Source of the DNA: Callorhinchus milii
Lineage: Eukaryota
DNA length: 64,000 nucleotides
Assembly: GCF_018977255.1 (NCBI RefSeq)
Contig: NW_024704742.1
Location: 63,180,001-63,244,000, forward strand
Direction: 5' to 3'
Shown: in pieces, positions 24,276-38,835 of the stretch
Layout of the letters: every line of letters begins with the position of its first letter
Numbering within the stretch: the first letter of the stretch is position 1
Program-made: the position numbers and the translations under genes
Notes under the pieces: generated by a model
The model's input: the letters and a program-made list of their open reading frames with translations, nothing else
Told to the model about the DNA's origin: nothing
Databases searched by the model: none

Positions 24276-27200
24276 TAGATTTCAGGAGGGGTTGTCAGAC
24301 TCCATAATAGTGATGGCCAATGGGCAAAATGTTTCTTATTCTATTATAGGATCAAAATTGACCTGAATACATTCCATTTCTACAAAGATTGTGCCTCCTG
24401 GAGCCCACACGTGTTTTAGGCCTTACAGTAGGAATGCACAAAATAACTTTTACAGGATAATGACTCAGCTTTTGGTGCACTCTAAAAACAGCACCCAAAA
24501 GCCCGCTCCGATTTCACGCTGGTGGCTGCAAGTGGTTTCCCATGGCTTTGGACATTATCTTTAATCAGAAGCAGTATTTAGGGATTGGAGGATTAATTAA
24601 AAACAAATTGTTTTAACTTTGCTCCTAAAATAAGGAACAGAATTTATTTAGGAGTATAACAATAATAATAATAATCCTTGCATTTGATATAACGCCTTGT
24701 CACATCGTTGAGACTTCTCAAAGTGCTCCACAGAATAAACTCTAAAATGAATTGACACGGCAGCCAATTGTACACAGTAGTGTTGCACAAACAGTCATAG
24801 TTTGAGTGACCAAATCATCATAATTCTCAAAAAAATATTTAAGGGATGATTACCCCCGGAAAGTACTGCAAATGTTGACCTCTGTAGCCATTAAAAGCAG
24901 TACGAAAAAGATTCAATCAATAATAATAACATAATAATAATCCTTCCATTTGAGAGAGTGGGGCATCCTTCCTTTCATGTCGGGAGGATGTCTCAAAGAG
25001 CTTCACAGAATACACTGTAAAGTGCAGTGACTGTACTTTGTAGGTGAAGTTAAACTGAATAGGGGTTTGTGCAATGTTCAGGTGAATATCCATCTCGATG
25101 TTATTCCTACATGCAGCGCAATTGCAAGTCGTTTCCAGTGTAAGCAAAGTCAACATGTAGAGCAGATTGTGTTCTAATCTCAATGTCAGCCAAAACACCA
25201 TGCAGTGAAACTTGTACTCTACCATGTAGGACAACCAACCCCACAGTGTGCACAGATTGTTTAAACCAGCTGTCAGGTTGGTAACATTAACTGATAGAGC
25301 AGAGATAACTCTTTGATTGCCTGCAGTTCTCCAGTGGCTTCTGTTGTCTACAGACTGACGGATTCTACAGGTTTTCAGTTCATACACTTTGGCACCAAAA
25401 AAGACCAGCAAAAATATAGCAGTGAAACATCCCAGTGGCAAACCCTGTGTACAGCTTTATTGCTGTAATATTCACCATAAAGCAATACAATCAAGGTAAC
25501 AATACAAATTTAAATACAAATTAAACAATGGTTATGCTCAAACTTTATAAATATTAATCTTCGTATTTGGTACAGCACTTGTCACATTGAAAAGATGTCT
25601 CAAAGCACTTCACTGTGTATTTGAACGCAGCAGCTAATTTGCTCACAGAGATATCCCACAAACAGCCATGAAATGAATGGCCAATTTTATTGTTGGCCAG
25701 TGCACAGAAAGAAACTCCCTTCTCTTTTTGAATACTGCCATGGGATCTTTAAAGCCCATCTGAACCTTCGCCTATTTGTAGTCTCACTCACAGCTCCACT
25801 CCTACCCTGACTGTTATGTAACAATATTGTGGGACACTACTGTGCACTATTGGTTGCTGCGTTTCGCCCACACAATATAGTCAATTTGCATGACAGTATA
25901 TTCTGTGAAGCGCTTTGAGACGTCTATAATAATAATAATAATAATATATTGCATTTGATATAGCGCTTTTCACATCTTTGAGACATCTCAAAGCACTTCA
26001 CAGCAAATACTGTAAAGTGAATTGACTTTAATTGACTCGAAGACGTGATAAAGCGCTATATCAAATACAAGGATTAATATTATCCATAAATTGGTCATTT
26101 GTAATCCAATGAGCTACAGTGAACCAATAAATGGAAGAATAATTGCAATGAACTGAATAATCCCTACCTGTTCTTCTGTGCAGTATTGTGCAGTAACAAA
26201 TTATGGCTTAGTTTTTTGGTAAGCCAGGTGTCTGACACATGCTGAAACCCACCTCCACTGGCACCATCTTCCTGCCCACAGTATCGGACATGCCTTTCTA
26301 CCTAGTGAGAGATGATTCCACCAGTAAGATGTGCGGAGCTTGAGCATCGTGATGTATACCAATCAAGCTGGATACAAAGCCCTCCATATATGAGCATGTA
26401 TGTTCATTAACTTGCAAAGCAGTGATGGATGGATCTCAAAGTAGAGTTGCAGAGCAGCATAACACTGGATTGTAAAGTTGTTCAGTGAGCTGACCTCTAG
26501 TGTACCTGTTAGGGAAAGTATCATTAGAAGGTAGGATAGCCTCATATTTCACAAGCTCAGGTACCTGCCAGTAGGATTGAATGAACACCTTGGTCTGAGA
26601 GCTAGTGCAGACTCGATGAGCTGAATGGCTTCTTCTGCGCTGTAAATTTTTATAATTCAGCACACCAGGGCTAAGTTCAGAGGTGATCTGTACTCCTCTC
26701 TGTAACAGATGATTCACGCCAGATGATTCAGTGATGTTTTTGGTTCATGATCTCTTTCATGTTGAATGGAACCTTTGTGACAGGTGGCTCTGACCGAACA
26801 AGACATTGCTCTCCAGACTGCTTCCTGTCTTCCCAAAAACACTTAATATCAGTGTCTGAAACGAAAATAATCCGGATCATGATTTGACGGGAGCCCAAGA
26901 CAGTTTGTATATAATCGAGAATGAAAGCATTTATTACAGAGAAGTCTCTAAAGCTGTTGATTCACTCCAGACATTCACTTGCTCACAATCTTTTTTCAGC
27001 ATTCCCCAATTAAAGCTAAAAACCTGTTTACAATGGGTTCTTGCCCAAAGGCCAAGAAACAGTTTCAAACAACATTACAAATCAAAGTGGAGCATTGTCA
27101 GATACTGCTAATAACTTCTTTGAAGCTCTGCTCTCATGGCACCGTAATGCAATGTCTCAGCTTTTTTTTAAAATGATGTGTTGTGCACTGCCCAGATTAT

Positions 27201-27949
27201 AGATAAGAAGGAAATTGTTGGAAATTATTAGAAATTATTTATCCTTTCCCTCCTAAACAAATGAAAAGTATGCCATTGCTTGTTTTCTTTCAGAGACGTG
27301 CAAATTGCATGTACAGCTTGTCTGTGGAGTGTTTCTTTATATGTACTATTTTTCTCTACTAGGCATATTGACATTATTTTCACAGAACATCTGGGCATTG
27401 TTGAAATAGTGGACATTGAAACTTTTTATTTACAAATAAGATTTTTTATGAAATAACAAATAATAGTCCTTACTTCCCAGTCACTCCCTTCCAGGTGTTA
27501 ACAGGGAGAAATCTGCGAAAAGTACAAATTAGGAAATTCTTAGTATGCTGACTCTACCTTAGCTTTAGACATGTGGGGGTTGCACAAAATATTGTCCATT
27601 TTCAGTTATTATTTGTTCAAAGAGATGAGCACATCCGAAATACCTCTCTCATACCCATGGTGACTAACATAATTTTCATATGGATTTAGGATGGAAATTG
27701 GTAACAGGAGTTATAAATAATAACAATAATAATCCATACGTCTTATAAAGTGCCTTTCAAATCAGGAGGATGTCACAAAATGCTTCAAAGGATATAATGT
27801 AAAGTGTAATGACTCGGAGGCGAACACAGCAGCCAGTTTGTGTACAGCAATGTCCCACAGTCGATGACCATTTTTATTTGGGGGATTGTTGGCCAAGACA
27901 TCGTGAGAAACACCTTTCTCTTTTCAAGTAGTGCCATGGGATCTTTAAC

Positions 27950-28468
27950 ATCAACAACAACAAGATTACATTTGTATAGCGCCTTTCACATCAGAAGGAC
28001 GTCCCAAGATGCTGGACAGTGTACAGCATTTCAGACCCGAGCTGGGGTTGGGGGTGGAAGGGAGGGGAGGGGAAGGGGGGTGGCCGATGGCATGATCGAA
28101 GAGGAGGGTCTTGAGGCAGGACTTGAAGGAGGCTAAGGAGGGGGCGAGGTGGAATGACTGGGGGATGGAATTGCAGAGGTTGGGGGCAGAGTGGCTGAAG
28201 GCTCTCCCGCCAGTGGTGGGGCGGGTGGGTCGGAGGACATGGAGCAAGCCAGAGCAGGCTGAGCAGAGGGAACGGGCGGGTTGGTAAGGGGTTAGGAGGT
28301 CGCAGAGGTAGGGTGGAGTGAGGCCATGGAGGGCTTTGTAGGTTAGGACCAGGATCTTGAACTGGATCCTCTGAAGGATAGGGAGCCAGTGGAGTCGGGC
28401 GAGAATGGGGGAGATGGGGTCATGGAGTTTGGTACGGGAGAGGACACGGGCTGCAGAGTTCTGGATTA
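27950..28468 (-). mobile_element. L2 3' fragment inserted in a Deu-SINE (27720-27950 and 28469-28662)
   Basis: IQNSAARVLSRTKLHDPISPILARLHWLP; Deu sequence GGGATCTTTAACATC resumes as ATCCACCTGAACAGG. Confidence 0.92.
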
Positions 28469-29757
28469 TCCACCTGAACAGGCATAGGAAGCCATGGTTT
28501 AACATCTCATCTAAAGCACAGCACCTCCAATAATGCAGCATATTCCCAGCACAGCGTTGAATATCAGCTTAGACAACATGAGTTCCAAGGTGGGGTCGTG
28601 GGGTTTGAACCCACAACTTCTGTCACAGAAACTAGAGTGTTACTAATGGAACCAGGCTGACATCTTTAATGTTCTGATTAAAGATGTAAAATAATAATCT
28701 TGTTAAGAAATTCAATCTTTTAAAACCCTAATTACAAAATTGCTATACAGTCAACAAAAAGTAATTGAGTAATGAAAAACAGTACCTTGCTTCAATTCTT
28801 TTCTGCATTTTTCCAAGAGAAACTGACAGAATCAATATGCTACCCACAAGAATAGAAGTGAGCAGTAATAATTGGTCATTCACTTCATGGCTGTTTGTGG
28901 AACATTACTGTGCATAAATTGGTTCCCCTAAAAAATGCACTGTCAATTAGCTTTACAGTATATCTTGATTGTAAGGTGGGCTTTCAGCCATTCTGCCCCT
29001 CCAACTTGCTCCCCCCACACCGTTCAAGGTCCGCCTCAAGACATGCTTCTTTGGCCATGCTTTTTGTCACCTTTGGCTCCAGCCCCAGCTTGGGTGCCCA
29101 GTCAGCAGTGTTAAACTCTTGTGAGACATTCTTCCGACCTGAAGGAGCTGTATCAAATGTGATGATTATAATTTATCATATACAAATGTTATAGTATTCA
29201 GATTTTTTCATTGTTCCACTTAACTGTTGAAAATTTTGTACATTTCATGCTGGATATATCTCTCTATTGAGGAACACAGCTGCAAAAGAAAATCTCGCAC
29301 AAAGTTAATAATGTATGAAGACAATCAATTTTCTGTTGTACATATTTTTTGGCGTGTGAATGACTGCTGGCCGGGTGCTGTGTATCAGCTGGAGCTGGTC
29401 TTATTAGTGCAACAACATAAATATTGAAAAAGGAATGTGACCTTTTTATGGAGATGTAGGTTCTGAGATGCAGAAGATTTAATTAAAAACGTTGATGCAT
29501 TTCTTGTGAGTAGTTTATTTTATGTTTCAGCAAGGAGGGTTTTTGGCATGCTTCTGCTGACATGGTATATTTCAATAAAATTGAGGTGAAAGAGTGATGT
29601 GCCTGTAATTAGTTCCACTTCAACTCTATTAAACTACATACAAAATAAAAAGGTCTTTAATTTTCAATCATGAACCTATTTTTTTAAATGCTTTTTATTC
29701 CTTTTGTGTTAAATAAACTGCTCCTGTGGGCACCAATAAAATATTTTTTACCCCTTA

Positions 29758-30196
29758 ATAATAATGCTTGCATTTGATATAGTCTTATCACATCGTTGAA
29801 ATGTCTCAAAGCACTTCACAAGATATACTGCAAAGTGGATTGACTGTATATTTTGTGGGCAAATGCAGCTGCCAGTTGCAAACAGCAATGTCCCACAAAC
29901 AGCCATGGAGTGAGTGTCCAATTTTATTTGGGGGATTGTTGGCTAGGACACCGGGAGGGAGAAACTCTCTTCTCATTTTGAATAGTGCCATAGAATCTTT
30001 AACATCCACCTGTACAGCCAGATGTGACCTCGGTTTAACTTCTCATCCAAAGGATGGCACCTCCAACAAAAGAGCACACCCCCAGCACTGCATTGGAGTG
30101 TCAGCTTACCCATATGATTCCAAGTCTTAACAAGGGACTTGAACCCACAAGCTTCGAACTCAGAGGTGAGAGTGCTACCACTGCACCAAGCTGACA
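29758..30196 (-). mobile_element. Deu-domain SINE, full length
   Basis: Head, Deu core and tail on the reverse strand. Confidence 0.85.
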
Positions 30197-30464
30197 CACA
30201 TTTTATGGACAAAAGTAGACATAGATATAAAATAGTGATATGCAGAATGGATCATAAGCTTACCAGAGATGTCATCCTGGATCTGGTAGCGCTCTCCCAT
30301 CTCAGTTAGAAGGGAGTTCAAGCCCCACATTGGGACCAGATTAAATTGGTCATTTATTTCATGGCTGGTGAGATATTGCCCTGTGCAAATTCGCTGCTGT
30401 TTTCACCTACACAATATCTCACTTTACAGTATATCCTGTGAATAATAACAATGATGGCTTGCAT

Positions 30465-31381
30465 TATAAGGATTCTGTAATTAATGTATTAGACGTTATC
30501 TGAAAGTATAATTGTGATGCTTGATTTTTTTAAAGGTTTTTAATAAATCTCTATACACTTTCAGAATGCACCTACCTGCAGCCCTTTCATAAGGTTACGT
30601 ATTTTAAATGACTAACTTAGCGTCCCTGAGAGGGTACATGTGCCAATTAGCATTTGTAATTTAAAGATATATTGGCTTGACCCCGGCTGAGATCGGGGTC
30701 TGATAACTTTCCCTCCTTCAGTGCCTGGGTCTATGGTCATCCTCCCATCTAAGATTTGAGTAATCATGTCCTTGAGCACAGATGTGAAAACAAATGGGGC
30801 TCAAAGGGAGATGGGCACTCCTGGAAATCAGCGTATCGCAAGATGAAGAAACAGGAATCCTCCCAAAAAGCTGTCCATTTCTCTTTCCCATGCAAAAAAA
30901 AGCCTGCTGAAGCTCATTAGCAACTTGAGGAGGGTGGGGGCTTACTTCATTTTCTTTCAGAGGAAAAACTAGAGACTAAAAGAAACCTTCTTGTAAAAGA
31001 TGAAGTAGATAAAAGGCCATCTACCAACTGGATAAAGAGAAATCGATTCGGGAAGAGAATCAGAAGCGAAACAGGGAGTTGGAAAAATGGAGTTGCAAAC
31101 CATATTCCAGCTTCTAAAGAAGGAAGATCAAGACTAAGGCTTAAGACAACTGTCAACAACTTTATCGACGCTCTCCAGTCGGAAACAGTACTGCATACCT
31201 TTGGGTGAATCAAACTGAAATAGTACAGCATTAAATTGGACATTAAATTGGACATTATTCCTCAGTTGTAATCTTTCAACTACCTATAACCATTATTAAT
31301 CTGAATTGATAAAATCTGTATTTTTATACAAAATTTGTGTCAGTACTTACTTCATCGCAGGGTTAAGACGAACATTTTACA
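30465..31381 (+). mobile_element. Probable solo LTR (~917 bp)
   Basis: Termini TATAAG (degenerate TGTAA) and TTTTACA; 4-bp flanks GCAT / GCAC; interrupts a retroposon tail (CTTGCAT..TTACATAG). Confidence 0.6.
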
Positions 31382-32956
31382 GCACTTACATAGTGTTCTT
31401 CACACAGCTAGTGTAGAAGTACTTTGCTTCCCGATGTGAAAGGCACCATATTAGATACAATTATTATTAATATAATTATTATAACATAGAGAAACAAGTA
31501 TTCCTATTCTGAAGGTCCATTGTAAAGATTAAATGATTCCTTCATAGCAAACAACTACTGTTTGAAGTATGTAGTAATCGTACAGACCTTCAGCTTTAAA
31601 AGTAAGTTGGATTGTCTGATATCTGCAGGTCAATGTTGGGTATATTATTAGAGTTTAAGAGATTTTTTCATATAAAAATATTAGGCATGTAGAACAAATT
31701 GCATAGATGGTGGAACAAGGAACTATAAACAGTTCATAAAAGGATGAAGACAAATTATTGGCTATTAAAATAATTTATAAGATTATAAGGTAACAACTGC
31801 ATTTTTTCGAAGGAATCTTTTGGGAATTCAGGTGCGTGACAAGAATGAGCAACAGTCTACTCCTACCTGACACTGTTACTAATGATATAAGAGATTTTAT
31901 AAACCAAGGAAGCAATGAGCATTCGATTCCAACAATCTATCTCTGGTTTCCATGTGTAGGTGGAATGCATGGAATTCTCAGCTTGGTTTGTATACTCTTA
32001 AGCATGGAGATGAGTTCCCGCATTTTATTTTACTCTGTTATTAGACTTCAGACCCCCTCCTATCTCTCTGCCCTCCCTCATGCCAACCCTATCCCCCATG
32101 CTCGGGCCCTGATCCCCGACTTTTCAGCGCCTTGGGATGTCCTCCCGAAATGAAAAGTGCTTTACAAATGTAATTTTGTTGTTGTTGTTGTTGTAAACCC
32201 CATGAACCAGCAGCTCAGTGATACGTCGCCATATGACTTACTCCCAATGTTCTGGCTAACGTAGCCCCAGATTGCATTGGTCATTTACCTCATAGCTGTT
32301 TGTGGATATTGCTGTGTGCAAAAATGCAGTTGTTACCTTTTACAGTAAAATCCCGTAAAGCACTTTGAGATGTTCTCCTAATGTGAGAGGCACTGAATCA
32401 AGGATATGTATTTATTTATTTGTTTGTTTGTTTATTTATTATTTGTTTGTTTATTCATTTATGTCAAAAAATAATTTCAAAATCTGCCCATGGGACTCCT
32501 TTCACTCTTTCTGTCCATGTACTAACTCAATTGTAGATCAGTGTTATCAAACACCAACACTGAATACCAAAAAGGCCTTTGCCTTACAGATTTGCTATAC
32601 CAGCCTGTTGCCACCAGCAGCTGCAATCCATCAATTTTAATTTGTCTGAGGAGCTCAGTGAGCTGGATGAAATTTTAAGGACTAGTCTCGGGTCTTACCG
32701 GACCTATAGTTATAGTTTGCCCCGAGCTGACTAAATCAAATTTTAAGATTAGTTTGGATGAAGAAGTCCCTTCAGCCCATCTGAACTCAACTCTCTGGTA
32801 TACCCACACTATCATCCTCTTGACACAGCATCAAGCTACTGCTTAAATATGTTCCATGTCCTGGCCTCAACCACCCTTCCGAGCAAACTGTTACAGTCAT
32901 TAATTGCCCACTGGGTAAACAACACTTCCTGGTGCCTGTCCTGAAATTGCTCTTTG

Positions 32957-33321
32957 CAGCTACAGTGGTAAGAGCACTCACCTCACAAGTGAGAGACCTG
33001 GGCTCGAGTCCCGGCAGGGCGAAACGTTGGGCAAGTTTGCTTACTTCTCACGCCTCTGTTTACCTAGCAGTAAGTAGGAACCCGATTGTTAGTCAATTGG
33101 CAGATCACAATTCCGGGGGTAATAATTCCTTCAAAAAAATTAATAAATTGGTCATTCAATCCGCGATTGTTTGTGGGACACTGCTGTGCGCAAATGGCTG
33201 CCGCATTTCACCAACAAAATATACAGTCATTTTACTTTATAGTATATTCTGTGAAGCGCTTTGAGATGTCTCAAAGACATAAGGTGCTATATAAAATACA
33301 ACGATTATTATTATTATTATT
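32957..33321 (+). mobile_element. tRNA-derived SINE, older subfamily
   Basis: Head, central segment and (ATT)n tail. Confidence 0.9.
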
Positions 33322-36037
33322 GTTTTGGTACATACTAAAGTATTGTTGTGGGTTTACTTTTTCAATCCCATGTAAGATGTTACATGCCATTATGAGGGCC
33401 CCTCTGAATCATCTTCTCTCAAGAGTAAAACAAAATATATAGTCAATAACAGGAAATATGTACATATTGTAAATCACTACTATCATGATTTACTTGTAGC
33501 AGATCAATTTCAAGGTACTCATGCTAACCTACAAATCATCCGTGCCCTGGCACCTCTCTGTCTCTCTGATCTTCTCCTACTCTACTCCTATGTGCCCACT
33601 TCCCCTCTGCTCTGCTAACTCATTTTACTGCACATTCCACCCCCTCTGCAGCACAAATGGTGACAAAAACTTCACTTAGTAGCCCTCCAACCTCTGGAAC
33701 TCTCTCTGTCACTCCTTCCCGCACCCGCCCTTTCTAGCTCTTCGAACATTTCTATGGACACTTCCCATTCTTTTTCTCCCCTGCTCAGCAGTCGACCCCA
33801 TCTCTGTAATGCACTCCAAGACATCACCCTATGCGAAGGACACTATATAAATGTAAATGGGTGTTGTTGTAGTATTTAAACCAGTTAAAAAAATGTTTCA
33901 CTAGTACTTTGTGCAAATCATTTTGAGATGGTCATATTATGAAATCACATTTGTGTTTGCCTACACATCTCCAATACATCATAAGCACGCTGGAATGGAT
34001 CGGGGATTGCTTGGAGCTGAACTCCCTGTAGGAGATAAGCTTGAAAAAGTCATAGTTGTTCCTAGCAACTAGTTTTGAAGATGCAATACATTATTTTTAT
34101 ATTTGATATAGCATCTCATCGAAAGACAGCTCAAAATGCTTCACAGGGTATACTTCAAAGTGCAGTAACTGTGTAATTTATCAGCAAACGTAGCAGCCAA
34201 TTTGTGGACAGCAATGTCCCACAAACAGCCATGATGTGGAAAAACAATTTTACAATACAGTGTATATTAATATAACATCTTTCACATCAGGAGAATGTCT
34301 GAAAGTGTTTTACAACACGGCCAGGCATCCAACCCAGGGTTGTTGGGCGGAGGGGGAGAGAACCAAAAGCGTGGTCACCGAACAAATGCTTCATTGAAAT
34401 CTTCATCCCAGTCTTCCTCAGCTGCTAGCAAACTATCTTTTCATTAGTTTTTGATCCTGGCATATTTTCGACAAGAACCTGGGGGGATCAGTTTATATGA
34501 AAATATGCAGTTATTTTGCTGTTGGTGTTTGTCCTGATCTGACATGTGAAAGAAGTGACTGGCAGCTTGCTTTCAGACTTTCCAGGGACAGTGACATGCA
34601 AGTCTGTGAGATGGAGCATGTGGTTTGCATATTTTATCTCCTGATATTTCTTCCCGCTAGTATATGACTGACTGTTCCGTTCCTGCTTTGGCACAGTTTT
34701 ACATCTCCCAGCATGACACTCCTTGGGAGTGACAGCGGATCGGGATTACTTTTTATACCTTTATTGCTTACATTATTATTTTTCAGTGTGTGAAATGACT
34801 GACTGCTTGAGTTTGCGTTCAGTATTTTAGCTTCACCACAGCTTCACCAAATAAGAAGTGCCACCAAATTGCAGCTTTTGATTCAGTAATTGTAACGAGT
34901 ATACACTCTTACTGATCATATTTCTTCAAGCCCGATTTATGGAACGACTGACTTGCTGCTCCAATTGACATGTTTTTTATTTATGGGATTCCTGCTAGTA
35001 TTTTCAGAGAAGCCACGCTCAATAACATATCTGCGGAAAATGAGAAAGCCGAAACAGAAAAGCAATACGGATACATTACTCCTGGCTTTATTTTATTAGC
35101 CTAAATATTCAATACACTGTCAAACTAGACTACGGAATGACATAAGGATAGGGTTACCAGATAAAAGGTTCTGATGAATTACATCAGGAGTCTCATTCTG
35201 CCATTGCTTGTCGCCCACAAAACATACACTTTATTGTATATTCTGTGAAGGGCTTTGAGGCATCTCAAAAATGTGATAAGGCTCTATATCAACTACAAGG
35301 ATTATTATTAACATTATTAAAAACTACATTCCTCGCAGTTCTCAATATGCAGCCATCATCATCCCCTCCTATGCCAGCTTTCAACTGAAACCTGACATGT
35401 GAGAGTTCATCAAAGCCTCTCACAGCCTTAAACTATCTCCAAGGTGCATTGCTGATGTAATTTACACAGATTTTTCAACCTGTGAGCATTGTTGAAGGCG
35501 CTGGTTAAAACAAATTGCTTAATTCACTTGAGCTGGTTATAGCGTTCAATCACAGCTGCACATATCTGCTATAAACTGTTTAATGTGCTGCACTCACTTT
35601 GTAATAGTTATTACCCTAATGTGTCATGGCATACTGCTCCAATGTGATTCATCTTCTTCTTTATATTACACTAAAATGACCCGATCTCCAAGTTGACTGA
35701 TTCATCAATTCTTTGCCTTATTATTCCAAATTGATTTGTGGGCCCAGATGGAGATATTAGAATGGGCATTCAAAATCATTCCCCTCAGGCTCCCCTGGCA
35801 ACATTAGATTTTCTGCTTATTGAATTTTCCGACATGGGTGTTCATAATATACCATATACATCTGACCATCTGTAACAGGGCCCCGGTCTCACAGCAATGC
35901 TTAGCTTTGGAAAGAACTGCCAGTTACATGGGGAAAACAACAGCAAGTAAATGCCTCTACAACCTTGGCTGGAAATGTGAAGGACGTCATTCATGCCAGT
36001 GTGCATAGACATAGCTTTGCAAGTATTTTGCACTGGC

Positions 36038-37150
36038 CAACAACAACAACTTGCATTTATATAGCGCCCCAGGTTAGCATTTCTCAGTTCTTAACAGTGA
36101 CGGAGCCTGACCCCAAGCCAGGGGAAGAGGGGAGTGGGGGAGGTGACCGTAAGCATGGTCGAAGAGGAAGGTCTTCAGACATGATCTGAAAATGGGTGCA
36201 AGGCATAGGGATCGAGGGAGAATGTTCCAAGTTTTGAAGATTAGTAGCTGAAAGCATGATCGCCGATGGTGGAGCAGAGGGAGTGAGGGACAAGTAGAAG
36301 GCCGGAGCCAGCTGAGTGAGCCAGCGGATGGTGGAGTGGGGAGTAAGCAGATCAGAGAGGTAGGGAGGTGCCAGGGTAGGAAGGAATTTGTAGACGAGTG
36401 AGAGGATTTTGAAGTCAATCAATTCTGTGATAGGGAGCCAGTGGAGCTTCACAAGGACTGGTGTAATAGAGGTACGGAGTTGAGAACAGGTGAGTATAAG
36501 GGTGGCGGGGTTTTGAATTAGCTGGATTTTGTGGATACTGGAGCTGGGGAGACCGATGAGGAGGGCATTGGAATAATCCAGCTAGGAAGTGACAAAGTGG
36601 ACGAGAGTTCGACTGCATTGAATATGAGGTACGGTCGGAGGCAGGCAATGGGACGGAAGTGGAAGGAAGCTGTCCTAGTCAGGGACCAGATGTGGGGATA
36701 GGAAGGACGCATAGGTTTAGAACTTAATGCTCAGGTTACACACAGGTTCAGGAAGTCTTTGGGATAGGCCGGAGAGATTGAGGAGGTCAGAGCTGCAGGA
36801 GAGAAGACACTGACATTAGCCAAGGAGTACAGCTTCTTTCTTGTGACATTAAACTGCATAAAGTCTGCGCTCATTCAAACCTTGAGGTCTGACAAACAAG
36901 CTGACAGAACAACAGCAGACCTGGAGTTGGAGGAGAAGAATTTGGATGTCATCTGGATACATGTCGAAGTTGATCCCGTGTCCTCAGATGACATCACCAA
37001 GAGGTAGCATGCAAATAATAAGAAGAATCCTTGCGTTTGATCTAGTGCCTTATCAAGTCTTTGAGAGTCTCAAAGCGCTACACAGAATATACTGTGAAGA
37101 AAAAGAATGGGGCAAAGTAGCCTTGGGATATGCCACAGGTGAATGGGCGG
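36038..37150 (-). mobile_element. Degraded L2 LINE
   Basis: KLHWLPITELIDFKIL..LAPPYLSDLL; (GTT)n tail; degenerate YPDDIQ and VAYPKATL remnants of RT motifs. Confidence 0.85.
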
Positions 37151-38835
37151 GGGCAGGAAGAAAAGATGGTTAACAGTGAAAGTACAGTAAAAGTGACAAT
37201 AAGAAATCAAACGTAAAGGAGAGATTATGGGGTTCCATCTAAATATGTCATTATAATGGACAGATGTATAAATCATGTGTATAAACCTACTGGGAAATGC
37301 TAAACCTTAAACTTGGGAAGTATGGGCATATTAATCCTTAATCATTAATCATTTGAATTTTGCTTTCATATAGTGCCTTATAATAATACTTGCATTATGT
37401 TTATATAGCCACAAGATGCCACCTTCAACAATGCAGAACACCCTCAGCACTTGGGAGAGTCAACCCGCACTGTGAGTTCCATGTCCCTACGCTAAGTTTG
37501 AAATCACAACCTCACGACTCAGAGGTGAGAGTGCGACTAATTGAGCAATGCTGATGCACATATGCCCATCTAACCTGTTTCATTAGTTTATTAGAACATA
37601 TCAGATCTTAAACCATTTATCTAATTCCCTTTTGAAAGTATCTAAGAACTCTGCCTCAACAACAAGTTGTAACTGAAAATTCCATAATCCTCCCACCTAT
37701 GTCAATCTTTTGGGAGAACCATTAAACCAAGGTCCTGTTTGCTGTTTAGGTGGGCATTAAACATCCCTTAGCACTATTCATACAAGAGAAGGGAATTGGT
37801 CATTCACTTCATGGCTGTTTGTGAGATATTGTTGCGCACAAAGTGATTGCCATTTTCATCTATAAAAACACTGTCACTACACTTTAGAGTAAATCCTTTG
37901 AGGCACTTTGAGACATTTTGATGATGTGAAAGGTGCTGTTTCAAATGCAAGGATTATAATTCACCCTGCTTCCCCCCCTCCATCCACCCTCCCCAATCCC
38001 GACACCTAGCTCAGGTCCGAAACACTGACTGTCCAGCGTCTTGGGACATCCTACCAACATGAAAGACACCATACAAATTTAATTTTGTTGTTGTTGTTGT
38101 TGCTGTTGTTTCTGGATTGCTGATTCCCTGGTGATTTTCCCGAATCCCACCCCTCTCCCCTCCGACAAAACAACAACAATAACAGCAAATTGCATTTGTA
38201 TAGCGCCTTTCAATTTGGAAGGATGTCCCAAGCCGCTGGACAGTCAAGGATTTGCATGAACTGAGGGTTGGAATCAAGACAGATGGAGGGCAGGGGGTAC
38301 TTATGATTCTTAAATGAACCTGCATTACTATCACTGCTCTACCTGCCACATTCCCAGTCCCAATTATTATTCCCAATCTATTACCAGAGTAGCTATTGAA
38401 AAGTACATGGTATCCTTCGAAAGCTTTATTCAGTTACTAGACACTTCTGTTTCTATTAGAAATCTCATCATTCAATGCTCTATATGATTTTAGCCTTCTG
38501 AGGGAAGGTGGTGGTTCCACCAAATGAAACAGGGCCATGTAATAGACTTTTTACAGTGTTGCAACATTCCGTCTGAGTGAATTAGTATAAAGCTGCAAAT
38601 TACATTGCTTCCACCTCAAATTTATTTTTTGCATCAGGTTCTTTGGCATCTTGGCAGCTACCTTCAGGATTGTAACACATACTTAGTAATATATATAGAT
38701 GTCACGTGGACCATTTTGCTCTTAGTGCTGAATGAAACCAGCCAGGGAGAGGTGACTCGATTCACTTTCATGCACTTAGAAATCTGTTGTGAACCATTGT
38801 ATTTTATCCCCAATTTCACAAATAAACTGCATTTG

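Noticed and set aside
26979..27176. Exon after the TTTTTTCAG acceptor
   Set aside because: Weak donor, and the most protein-like frame is preceded by a stop
30961..31204. Host coding exon EKLETKRN..VLHTFG
   Set aside because: Lies inside a probable solo LTR; retained only as an alternative in the findings
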